The notes under the pieces are model-generated. The model had not been told where the DNA came from and did not search any database. It saw only the letters and a program-made list of their open reading frames with translations. The position numbers were made by a program, and so were the translations under genes. A stretch of DNA of 64,000 nt from Candidatus Bathyarchaeota archaeon (lineage in GTDB: Archaea; Thermoproteota; Bathyarchaeia; Bathyarchaeales; Bathycorpusculaceae). Shown piece by piece: positions 10,109 through 19,073 of the stretch; the first letter of the stretch is position 1; the number at the start of each line of letters is the position of its first letter. Location of the stretch: the NCBI GenBank assembly GCA_963782525.1, contig CAWAKC010000003.1:64001-128000 (forward strand), given 5' to 3'.

Positions 10109-10398
10109 GCTGGGACCATTTAGCTGCGACTGCCCGAATTGTTTTTGTGAATCCCACATATGCCTACTTAGCGCTGGTATTTGTTGGAGCAGCAGTGCTT
10201 GTCATTTACTTGATTGTTAGAAGTTCGGACGAGTTTTCGGTGAAAGACACTGAAGCGAACTCTGAAGACTTCGCTGGTGAAATACGTGACTCAAAGGGAC
10301 CTGTAACCATGTGGCTTTGGGCAGTTTACATTGCTTTAGCAGTATGGGCAATAGCTTATTTAATTCAGCACTGGGGAGAATTCGCTAGTTTTCCATAA
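10105..10398 (+). CDS. stand-alone CcoP N-terminal membrane domain-like protein
   Basis: EDFAGEIRDSKGPVTMWLWAVY..VWAIAY resembles the CcoP N-terminal (GIxEyDNPLPxWW) motif; no CxxCH. Confidence 0.65.
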   Translation: MSWDHLAATARIVFVNPTYAYLALVFVGAAVLVIYLIVRSSDEFSVKDTEANSEDFAGEIRDSKGPVTMWLWAVYIALAVWAIAYLIQHWGEFASFP

Positions 10399-10498
10399 AA
10401 AACCTTCATTAGGCATCGCCTAGACTTGAGGCATTGTTCTTCGCAAAATTTCTATTTTAAAAATATTAATAGTTTTCTTATATGTAGCACGCTATAGG

Positions 10499-10526
10499 GG
10501 ATTCGCTTAATATATTAGGCGAATCC
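10499..10526. repeat. 28-bp dyad site C
   Basis: GGATTCGCTTAA-TATA-TTAGGCGAATCC, 11 of 12 arm positions complementary. Confidence 0.7.
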
Positions 10527-10588
10527 TTATTTTTTCTTGGAAAATATTGGTGGGGGGCTCGCTAGGATGTGGACTTGCGGCTGCAACA

Positions 10589-12040
10589 TTAAAATTCAAC
10601 TAACCTTCCTTCCAGAAGAGGTATTACTTTTGTTTGAAGTAGTAGCGCAACAGTTTTAATTAATTTGGCTAATTTTTCAGAGTCAGCAGCTTCAATGTAT
10701 TTAACATAATCCGCTGTTATTCCATAAGGCATATGTCTACTAGACGTTACTTCTTTTTTCAGGCGTGGCTGCGGATTCTTAAGCAAAACCTCGCGAACAC
10801 TACAGAGTTGCTTAGTATCCAAAGTATCCAGTTTAAGTTTAACGTAATGTTGGCTTCCCAGCAGCTGAACATCAAACCCCAGAGAAGATAATGTCTGTGA
10901 GATCTTAACAACAGATTTCACCTCTGTCTGTTGAATAATGCGGACCATACCTGCTTTCTCTGCAAAAGGCGAATACTTAGCCATAACCGCAATCAACTCA
11001 ACAAAATCCGTACCAACCAAAGGAAGTGACTCACGAATTAACTTCGCACCTAAACCAACAGTTCGGTATTTTGGATGAATAACTACACGGTTAATAGTGC
11101 TTAGTTGCTGGTTGATTTCTTGCATTGACATTCGAGGAAGAACCATACGTCTCCCAAAACACGCGGGCGGTGGATAAGTATATACTATAACTCCACATAG
11201 CTCCATCCCACGAGTTAGTCGGAAGATTTTCCGGACAACTGATGTTTTATGGCCGCGATAATGGAACCTGCAGAGTTTTTCCCAGTCTTGCCTGTTGCCC
11301 TCTTCAACTTTCATCTCTCGGATAAGGCTGCATTCATCCACGTGACTATTTGGGAAATATTCGATCTGAATTTCTTCCCCAAACCGCTTAACCACAAACA
11401 CAGAAGGCGAAAGATCCTCAATTAGGTCGCTGTGAGTTGTGGCGACAATTGCCGCTCTTCCTTGGGACCGTGTGATTTTCTGCAGGTTAAACGCAATTAT
11501 CTTTGCTGTGTCTCGGTCTAAGCAGGCTGCGAATTCATCCATAAGCCACCATTGCTTTTGGCTCTCGATGAGTTTGGCGATTCGGTAACGGTATTTCTGG
11601 CCATCACTGAGTTGACTGTAGGTGCGCAGGAAAAGAAAAGCATCATTCAACCCCACCTTACTTAGCAGCTCTATGCCTTGCTCAACAGTAGCGCCAACGG
11701 TTTCAATCAGTGGTTTTTCTGGGTCCACCTGGACCTCGCTTAGGTCGATTGCTTCTTCCCCCAAGTCTGCTCGAATGGCTCTTATCAAGACGCTTTTTCC
11801 GCTGCCACTATCGCCGGTGATGTAGACGATGTCTTTGGGTCCGATCTTTAGTTCAGCGTCTAAAACCTTGAATTTCCGGGTCTCATCGATGCCTAACCCG
11901 AAGGCTTCGGCGACAACTATGCTTCTAGGTGTTATCTTTGTGTTGGTTTCATAGCTGATGTTGAAGGTAAACTTGCCCGTGGTCTTATCGTATGTTCTTC
12001 TGCAGGCTCTTATTCTAAATCCTCGGCGTTTTCGTCTCAT
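10589..12040 (-). CDS. ABC-type ATPase fused to GNAT acetyltransferase (COG2401-like)
   Basis: GDSGSGKS, LSDGQ, LMDE, TTH, then RVVIHPKYRTVGLG acetyl-CoA motif; possible +1 frameshift in last codons (alternate frame reads VYLFW). Confidence 0.85.
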   Translation of the reverse strand: MRRKRRGFRIRACRRTYDKTTGKFTFNISYETNTKITPRSIVVAEAFGLGIDETRKFKVLDAELKIGPKDIVYITGDSGSGKSVLIRAIRADLGEEAIDLSEVQVDPEKPLIETVGATVEQGIELLSKVGLNDAFLFLRTYSQLSDGQKYRYRIAKLIESQKQWWLMDEFAACLDRDTAKIIAFNLQKITRSQGRAAIVATTHSDLIEDLSPSVFVVKRFGEEIQIEYFPNSHVDECSLIREMKVEEGNRQDWEKLCRFHYRGHKTSVVRKIFRLTRGMELCGVIVYTYPPPACFGRRMVLPRMSMQEINQQLSTINRVVIHPKYRTVGLGAKLIRESLPLVGTDFVELIAVMAKYSPFAEKAGMVRIIQQTEVKSVVKISQTLSSLGFDVQLLGSQHYVKLKLDTLDTKQLCSVREVLLKNPQPRLKKEVTSSRHMPYGITADYVKYIEAADSEKLAKLIKTVALLLQTKVIPLLEGRLVEF

Positions 12041-12980
12041 CTTGGCACCATCGTTACAAATTGTTCAGGAACAAGCTCGCAGGTTGCAAAGGCTGCTAGA
12101 GCAGTAGCCCAAAAGACGTCGTCGTGAGTGCCTTGGGGGTGGCTAAAAGCTAAGCCGCCATCCTTTCGCAGTGCGAAGCGTTCAACGTTAAATTCATTGC
12201 AGATGTCTATGCGGTAGGGTTTATCCCAACTTAGTAGTGGATAGAAGAAGCGTTTGTCTTACATTCTTTTTTTGAGAATACTTGCCATCTCGCTTTTTTT
12301 TGGTGAACTAAAGATTACCCCTTCAGCGTTATCGATTCCGGCGTTTTCCATATCTGCAATGAAGCTTGGACCTTCCCTGGTTATGTCCACTCGAATCTTG
12401 TTGAAGCCGCCCCAGCGATCCTGCAAGGCTTTGATGTAACCCAGAACGTAGGCGTCATAGGTTGGGTGCGGGAAAATCTTTAGATGCCTAAGCAACAGCT
12501 TTTGATCGACTCTCCCACCACACTTAGGACATAGAAATCCCGTGTTTGCGCAGGATCCAACCCAGCATAGAATTCACCTTCAAACTCCTCTTCAGGGTCA
12601 AACTCCGCTAAATCCTCGCCGCAGTTCTTGGTTGTCCCAATACATGAGGAGATTAGGCTTTGGGATAGCCAGACGTCTTCATCCTCAGCCCACTCTGCCT
12701 CCATTTCACGTCTCCATCTGGAGGGATCGTCACGCATTTGTTTTTTGATCTTCTCAAGAATAATCGTTTTCAGTGGACCGTTGGGTTCTTGGGCACGTTC
12801 CCAGGTTATGTGGTGGCGTGCAAAGTCATCGAAGTCCTTGTTGTTGCAAATCCGATAGAACAAGCTATCCGTGTTCCAGGGTGTGCTTGTGCAGATAAAC
12901 TTCCCGTTAGTGGTGCCTAAGGTGAAGAGTGCAGCGTCGTAGAGATCCTCGGCGTTTGGGATGAAGTTGAATTTCGTCAG
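12037..12980 (-). pseudogene. phage terminase large subunit, frameshifted and 5'-truncated
   Basis: Three frames: TSTPW..LFY and REMEAEW (ATPase end), AGLD and RVD (nuclease), HPQGTHDDVFWATALA; stop overlaps ATG of the ATPase/GNAT gene. Confidence 0.8.
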
Positions 12981-13086
12981 CGTAGACACAGTACAAATGA
13001 TTATTAGAAACTGAAAGAAAGTGTGGCACATATTATAAGAACACATTAATTGGGCGAAATATCACAGTTATTTGAGGTAAAATGAA

Positions 13087-13290
13087 ATGCCGATAGTTCA
13101 AGTTTCTGTTTGGGAAGGAATGACTCCTGAGAATAAGAAAAAAACAGTTGAAGGGATAACTAAAGTTTTTGAAGAAATGGGGGTTCCTAAGGACGCAGTT
13201 CATATTGTCATCTATGAAGCGCCAAAAAATAATTGGGCAACGGGTGGACAACTGCATTCAGAAAGACACGCCCAAACACCCTCGCTGTAA
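13087..13290 (+). CDS. 4-oxalocrotonate tautomerase family protein
   Basis: N-terminal MP, 67 aa, NWATGG. Confidence 0.9.
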   Translation: MPIVQVSVWEGMTPENKKKTVEGITKVFEEMGVPKDAVHIVIYEAPKNNWATGGQLHSERHAQTPSL

Positions 13291-13400
13291 TCCGCATAAT
13301 TAGCGCGCGGCCAAATTCAAAAAGTATAACTAAACTTCAGGAAACCTTCAATAGTTCTTAGATGCCTTCATCATCGAAAAAGAGGTCCTTGGAATCTTTT

Positions 13401-14972
13401 TTATTTGCCAGAATTCTCAGGATCCTTAGAGACTTCAGCTTGCTCACTGTTGATTCCTCGCCATCTAATTCTGTAGCCCAGCATCTTCAACACATTGGCT
13501 GAGTCATCGATGCCTTCTTCCTCGATGATTTTTGCTGCTTCCTTAAGGGGCATTTTCCCCGATTGACTAATGGCTACTCTGATTCTATCGCCGATTTGCA
13601 GAAGCTTTTCATTGCTAACCAAAATATCCGCCAAAGCAACATAGCCGAAAGGCGGACTAACAGCTAAGAAGGCTCTTGCCGCTTCGGCAGAAACGCCAAT
13701 CCTAGCCGCGAATTCCCTAAAAGCAACCACTGGTTCAGTAAATCTAATAGACAAACCCTCCAGAAGCTTAATCTCCTTAGATTTGACATCTTCAAACTTC
13801 GTTTCCAGATACCGCAGAATCGGAGCCAAAGAAATTTTGTCGCGGTAATAAATCAAGTCAAGCTGCGGACGTTTTTCCAAGGCAGAGAGTTTTTCACATG
13901 CCAAAGCTTCATTGACCAAAAGCAGCATCTTCACTTCCACCTGCTTTAACTTCTCTATCTTTCGCAGCAAGTACTCTTCTGTCCAGAACCCAACAATCTC
14001 CAAGTAAATTTTGATGCTGGCTTTTTCAAGAGAGAAATCAGGAATGATCACTTGTTTTCCGGCAGTTACAGGTTCAGGTTCTCTTTTTAGCACCCAGCCA
14101 GTGGTTAAGGCTTGAAACTTTGAGGCAAAATCCTCTTCGATAGAGCTATCATAAGACAGAGTCGGCAAATATGGTTTCGTTAGCAGAGGTGCGTGTTTTT
14201 GGTTTTCAAGTTTGAAGTCGCAGATTTCGTTTGTAAACCTCCAAAGAACCTTCGCCCTAACAGTCCATTCAGGGTTAGCTATGATGATGGGCAGCAGCTT
14301 GGCTATGCCCACGCCATACCTTCGAGTCAACTTAAACAGGCTACCTGGACCATCTATTTTCACCCACAACCCATTATCTTGGTAAACTTCATAGATCAAC
14401 CCAAACTTCTTTATTGCATGGAAGAGGTCTTGCCAATTGCCAGACGCCGTGAAACTAAGCTCTGTGGCATCAAAAAGCAACGTTTGAGTTAAACCCAAAT
14501 TATACTCACCCAACAAGTCCGATGCTGAAGGCGCAAAAAACTTTTCAAGAATTAACTCGCCATCCAAATCCGAGTAAAAATCCTCCTCAACAGCCTCTAC
14601 CTCAAGAGCCATCTTAGAAGCTACGATCTCCAGGATTTTTCGTCGGTTCTCAGAAGTGGTAGGCAAGCCAAATTGTTCGGTGGCTTGAAATATCTTTCTT
14701 CTCAAATCAACCGGGTCAACTTTGCATTGGCAAACAAAGGTGCTTTTTCGGTCAAGCAACAAAGATAAAGCCCTGACAAAGCGGTACTCGTAGCCTTTGT
14801 CTTCCAGCTCAGCGACCAAAGATTTTAGAACTTTCTTCTTTTCTCCAATATGTGACTTGTATGCTTCAATGAGAATATTCGTAGCTTCCTCGTTGCTGCT
14901 GGAAGATTTGGCGTAGCGTGGCTGAATCTCGCCTTTCCTCTTCCACACTGAAAGCAAGTTGCTTGGAAGCAC
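13401..14972 (-). CDS. bax1: Bax1 / DUF790 endonuclease
   Basis: MLPSNLL start, YNLGLTQTLLF, YDSSIE, IPDF...EIVGFWTEEYL; coupled to XPB. Confidence 0.88.
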   Translation of the reverse strand: MLPSNLLSVWKRKGEIQPRYAKSSSSNEEATNILIEAYKSHIGEKKKVLKSLVAELEDKGYEYRFVRALSLLLDRKSTFVCQCKVDPVDLRRKIFQATEQFGLPTTSENRRKILEIVASKMALEVEAVEEDFYSDLDGELILEKFFAPSASDLLGEYNLGLTQTLLFDATELSFTASGNWQDLFHAIKKFGLIYEVYQDNGLWVKIDGPGSLFKLTRRYGVGIAKLLPIIIANPEWTVRAKVLWRFTNEICDFKLENQKHAPLLTKPYLPTLSYDSSIEEDFASKFQALTTGWVLKREPEPVTAGKQVIIPDFSLEKASIKIYLEIVGFWTEEYLLRKIEKLKQVEVKMLLLVNEALACEKLSALEKRPQLDLIYYRDKISLAPILRYLETKFEDVKSKEIKLLEGLSIRFTEPVVAFREFAARIGVSAEAARAFLAVSPPFGYVALADILVSNEKLLQIGDRIRVAISQSGKMPLKEAAKIIEEEGIDDSANVLKMLGYRIRWRGINSEQAEVSKDPENSGK

Positions 14973-16319
14973 TTATGCTGCGCCTCGTATTTTTTGGTGG
15001 CGCCTACGACTTGTATCCACTTCCATGGTTTCTTTGGAAATTATCTCAATTAGTCGAGCTAATTTGCCTTCTTTTTTCCTGAGCAAGCGTCCGAGTCTTT
15101 GGACATATTCTCTGTTGCTGCCTGTTCCACCCAAAACTAAACCTACTGAAGCATCGGGCACATCCACCCCCTCGTCGAGAACCTGAGACGTAACAACCAC
15201 AGGGTATTTGCCGCTCCCAAAGTTTGATAGTATTTCTCGGCGTTCCTCTCTTGAAGTTTGATACGTTATTGCAGGAATTAGGAAACGCAGACTAATTCTG
15301 TAGACCAGGTCGTTGTAGAGAGTGAAAATCAGGATTTTCTCATTTTTGTAAGTGTCAAGTTGTTGGGATAGCACTTTTAGTTTTGCTTCTGAGTTGACTG
15401 CAGCTCTTATGGCTTTGTTTCTTGCGAGTAGTGCTTCACGTGCTTTTGGGTCTCTTCCTGTAGTCATTATGAACTTTTGGAAGTCAGCGGCCCTTCTTAA
15501 AGTAATTTTTCGCTGCTGAAGAAAGCTTCTAAAAATGTTCATTTGAGATTTGTATATTTGCTGTTCTTGGGGTGTTAATTCAACTGATATTTTCTCGTAT
15601 GTGTATGGCGAAAGATGCCCAGCAATTTCTTCGACGCCAACGGAATAGACTGGGTCGCCGACGAGTTGTGAAAGCAAAGAGTGTCTTTGATCGCTTCTTT
15701 CGTAAGTTGCTGTTAAGCCCATGCGGTATGGTGCAGTGTACATTTCAGCTATCTGTATGTAGCCTGTGGAGGCTAGATGATGAACTTCGTCAAAGATTAT
15801 TAGCATGAACTTGTTGCCTAGCTGTTCTGCGTGTATGTAGGCTGAATCATAAGTTGTAACAGTTACCATGCGCAGAGTGTTTTCACCTCCGCCTACGACA
15901 CCCGCTTCCAAGTTGAGGCATTCTTTGATGCGTTTTTTCCATTGATCAATTAGGTCCAAAGTGGGAACCACAATCAACGTCTGAACCTTCAACTGTTGAA
16001 TTGCTTTTAGGGCGATGAAAGTTTTTCCAGCTGCAGTAGGCAATACTAGAACTCCCCTGTTGCGTGCTTTGCACCAATTGTTCAAAGCCTCGTTCTGGTA
16101 ATCTCTTAGCTCAACATTACTTTTTTGTTGTTCAAGTGGCGGCAACATCGGAACATCATCTTGAACTTGAAGTTTGCTTTCAGCCAAGTATTCTAAAACG
16201 TCTCGGTAATGGTATGCCTTGATTCTGTAGCAGCCCACTCTTGGGTCCCATTTTCCGTATGGAGATCCCGCTTCGCCCTTCAAGAGAAGGGTGCCTTTGT
16301 CAAACCACAAACGAAGCAT
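14973..16319 (-). CDS. xpb: XPB/Rad25-type SF2 helicase
   Basis: LRDYQ, PTAAGKT, DEVHH, LTAT, QRLGR. Confidence 0.9.
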   Translation of the reverse strand: MLRLWFDKGTLLLKGEAGSPYGKWDPRVGCYRIKAYHYRDVLEYLAESKLQVQDDVPMLPPLEQQKSNVELRDYQNEALNNWCKARNRGVLVLPTAAGKTFIALKAIQQLKVQTLIVVPTLDLIDQWKKRIKECLNLEAGVVGGGENTLRMVTVTTYDSAYIHAEQLGNKFMLIIFDEVHHLASTGYIQIAEMYTAPYRMGLTATYERSDQRHSLLSQLVGDPVYSVGVEEIAGHLSPYTYEKISVELTPQEQQIYKSQMNIFRSFLQQRKITLRRAADFQKFIMTTGRDPKAREALLARNKAIRAAVNSEAKLKVLSQQLDTYKNEKILIFTLYNDLVYRISLRFLIPAITYQTSREERREILSNFGSGKYPVVVTSQVLDEGVDVPDASVGLVLGGTGSNREYVQRLGRLLRKKEGKLARLIEIISKETMEVDTSRRRHQKIRGAA

Positions 16320-16469
16320 AACACTGATTCAATTCCAAACCAATTAAACTTGTCTTAAAAAGAGTCAGCACAAAAACACTTTTCGTATAAGACTATCCTT
16401 TCTTTCTTACTGCTCGCAAAACTAAATAAAATGATTCGAGCACATAAAAACTAAAGTTTGTACGTGATC

Positions 16470-16988
16470 TTATTTGTTAAAGAATTTGGTGAGCACAAGG
16501 TCTAGGTGTTTTAGGTAGTCTTCTTCTGGTTCTCGGTAGGTTTGAACAACCAATAAAGATCTGTCCAAGATTTCAGCTTTTGAAACTTTCGCTTTTTTGA
16601 TGCAGGCTTCTATATCTTGCAGGTCTCTATCGTTTAATCTGCCGATTTTGGTCACTATAATATCGAGTGGCTGAAGGGCTCTGAGCGATATGTGGCTGAA
16701 CTCTTTGATTTTGATGCTTTTTTCCAAGTAATCCTTCGGTAGCGTCTGACAAAAAACGCATCCGTCGGTCCATCGATCAACTCTATAGCCGGGTGGGTTG
16801 TTTTTTAGTGCTTGTTCAAATTCTACCCTCTCGCTGCCTGGAATTGTAAAGTCAATATCGATGGTTGAGGTTTTTAGGTCAAGAAGAGTCATTGCTGTGC
16901 CGCCTGCAGCAACGAGCGTGATTTTTTTAGTTAGGTCCACGTCCAGAACGCTGAGAAAGTCTAAGAGTGCAGTTTTGTCACAGGGCAT
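16470..16988 (-). CDS. nucleotidyltransferase (DUF6036/AbiEii-like)
   Basis: AGGTAM...STIDID, KIGRLNDRDLQD. Confidence 0.8.
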   Translation of the reverse strand: MPCDKTALLDFLSVLDVDLTKKITLVAAGGTAMTLLDLKTSTIDIDFTIPGSERVEFEQALKNNPPGYRVDRWTDGCVFCQTLPKDYLEKSIKIKEFSHISLRALQPLDIIVTKIGRLNDRDLQDIEACIKKAKVSKAEILDRSLLVVQTYREPEEDYLKHLDLVLTKFFNK

Positions 16989-18030
16989 TGTAGAGTTCCA
17001 GCTTTTGTTTTATGCTTACTTCATCTGCAGGAAGCTCTTGTAAATTTGCCGCTTTTAAAATTTTCATCGCAGCATTAACTTCTGGCTTCGGATTTGTTTG
17101 CCATAGGATTTTCAGTATTCCTGATAATCTTGGAGCTGTCTGGTACTTCTGGCTTAGGAATGCGAGCAGGTTACTGTTGAATCTGTTTTTAGCAAGGATA
17201 ACTGCTACTGCGTTAATTCCTCGTGCCTCTTCCCTGAGAAGCAACATGGTCGTTATGTATTCAACACAGAATTTTTTACCCTGAGTGAAGCTGGCGCCAA
17301 ATTCGCTGTATCCGAACCTGTTGAGGTTAAAAGTTAAGTCAGAATCGGAGATGTTTAGAGGTTTTGTCTCTGCGTCGATGGTTCGAATTTGGCTCTTTTT
17401 GGCGATCTCTTTAATTTGGCTCCAGAAGGCTTGGGGGTTGTAGAGGGTAATTTGTTGGCTTAAAGCTTCTCTCACTGGATTAACCTCATCGGAGGTTAAA
17501 AGATCGACGAAATCGAGCTTATCAAGTGTGAGGCTGCTGATTTTTAAGTTATATTTTCTCTCGAGGTTTAACATCTTTTCAGATAATTCAATTGTCTCTT
17601 TGAGGTAATCAGGTGTTTCCTTGAGCAGAAAAAGCAGTTCAACTCGGTTAAGCTTAACATTTTTTAACGGATTAATCGCAGTAACAGATTTTATCGAGCA
17701 TTTGTCAGTTATGATTTCGTCCATATCCGCCAAAAGCGAGAGCAAGTTTTTTTTCTTGGACAGAAAATCTATTTTTTTCTCAATTTCCATTTCTGCCAAG
17801 TTGTCAATCAGAAGGTAATTGTTAAAGTTCAGTTTAACGCTCGATGACCTTCCTATAGGCTCCAGATCGAGTAAGCCTTCGTTTTTCAGTTCTTGCAATT
17901 TCTGGTAGATATTTGCATAATAAGCTGATCCATACGTATCTTTGATTCGTTTGGTGAGTTGGTTTATTGACAAAGAATCGCCTATGCTTGAGGAGATTGT
18001 GTTTAGTATTCGGATTGTGGCTTTATCCAT
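16978..18030 (-). CDS. wHTH-containing partner/regulator of the nucleotidyltransferase
   Basis: N-terminal SINQLTK..YANIYQKLQELKNEGLL wHTH; 11-nt overlap with downstream gene. Confidence 0.65.
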   Translation of the reverse strand: MDKATIRILNTISSSIGDSLSINQLTKRIKDTYGSAYYANIYQKLQELKNEGLLDLEPIGRSSSVKLNFNNYLLIDNLAEMEIEKKIDFLSKKKNLLSLLADMDEIITDKCSIKSVTAINPLKNVKLNRVELLFLLKETPDYLKETIELSEKMLNLERKYNLKISSLTLDKLDFVDLLTSDEVNPVREALSQQITLYNPQAFWSQIKEIAKKSQIRTIDAETKPLNISDSDLTFNLNRFGYSEFGASFTQGKKFCVEYITTMLLLREEARGINAVAVILAKNRFNSNLLAFLSQKYQTAPRLSGILKILWQTNPKPEVNAAMKILKAANLQELPADEVSIKQKLELYNAL

Positions 18031-18052
18031 TTCCTGAATCTTTGCCTTTTCT

Positions 18053-18096
18053 TAGTTATATGATTTAACTATAACATTATAGTGAATTACTATAAT
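18053..18096. promoter_or_regulatory. tandem inverted repeats, probable autoregulatory operator
   Basis: TAGTTA-N7-TAACTA and ATTATAGT-N5-ACTATAAT, 23-66 bp upstream of 18030. Confidence 0.5.
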
Positions 18097-18456
18097 AAAT
18101 ACTTGATGCAACCACGAAAGAGGCATTCTCAATGTAAACAACAAGAAGCACGCAGCAAAGCGATATGTAAGGCAGGGATGATTAACTCAATTCACGTTAA
18201 CAATACATAAGTGAAATAGCATAATTAACGTGCCGAGAAATAGTTCCGTGCTTAATTTCCTTAAAAGAAGTAACTGATACAATAAGGGGTAGTTTGATTG
18301 TTTTCTTGAATCAGCGGTGTCCATAATATTTGTTGTAGGATGTTATCTCGGGAGATTCTGTTTTTTCTAGCAAATCAGTAATATATTTACTTGCGGATTC
18401 TGAAGTGTCGATGTGTTGCCTCAAAGTTTTAAACAAAGAGGTAATGTATTATTTTA

Positions 18457-18526
18457 TGCGAGTAAGGCCTATCCGAGGCAATGATGCCCGCAGTTGTGGG
18501 CTGGGAGTACTAGGATAGGGGTCGCA
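18457..18526 (+). ncRNA. candidate structured small RNA
   Basis: Nested stems TGCGA/TCGCA, CCTATCC/GGATAGG, GCCCGCA/TGTGGGC; TTTTAAA about 30 nt upstream; T-tract downstream. Confidence 0.35.
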
Positions 18527-18634
18527 ACTTTATTTTCGCCACAAATACCTGGATGTAAATGTTCCAAAAAAGATGAAAGAAAACTTCATAAGCAATAAAT
18601 TTTAATTAGAATTAGTAAATTGTGAGGAAAAAAC

Positions 18635-18843
18635 ATGCCCGAGCAGAAAGACGAATTTGCGTGTTTATTATCTATGCCTGACTTGGGAAAGTTTGTTGGA
18701 AAATGGATTGTTATAGTAAAATAACACCCGTTGTCCGTTCTGGAAATGTTGGCAAAGAAGTGTTTGCTAAAGCAAAACAAAAATACCCTCACAGCAAACT
18801 GTTGCTTCTAAAAGTACCATCCGATAATGTCATGCTTCTCTAG
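18635..18843 (+). pseudogene. DUF5678-like protein, frameshifted
   Basis: ...KFVGKWIVIVK* then other frame VVRSGNVGKEVFAKAKQKYP...LKVP. Confidence 0.6.
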
Positions 18844-18860
18844 AAAGGTGCACCTCTTAA

Positions 18861-19073
18861 TTGCCCGCTAAAGAAACCATTCATCCACCAGTAAAATGCA
18901 GATACTTGGATTATCGACTACCAAATTCCCGTGTTATTTTTCTTCCAGTCATCCATGTTGAATTAACTTCAGAAACCCAAGAATTTACCGCTATTGGTTT
19001 ACTGGATTCGGGCGCTAAAAAAAGGATAAAAATACTATTTCCTTTTGCCTTTTTCTTTAGCTACTTTTCTTAA
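18861..19073 (+). pseudogene. retropepsin-like aspartyl protease, truncated
   Basis: PVIHVEL...GLLDSGA then breaks into unrelated A-rich sequence. Confidence 0.6.
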
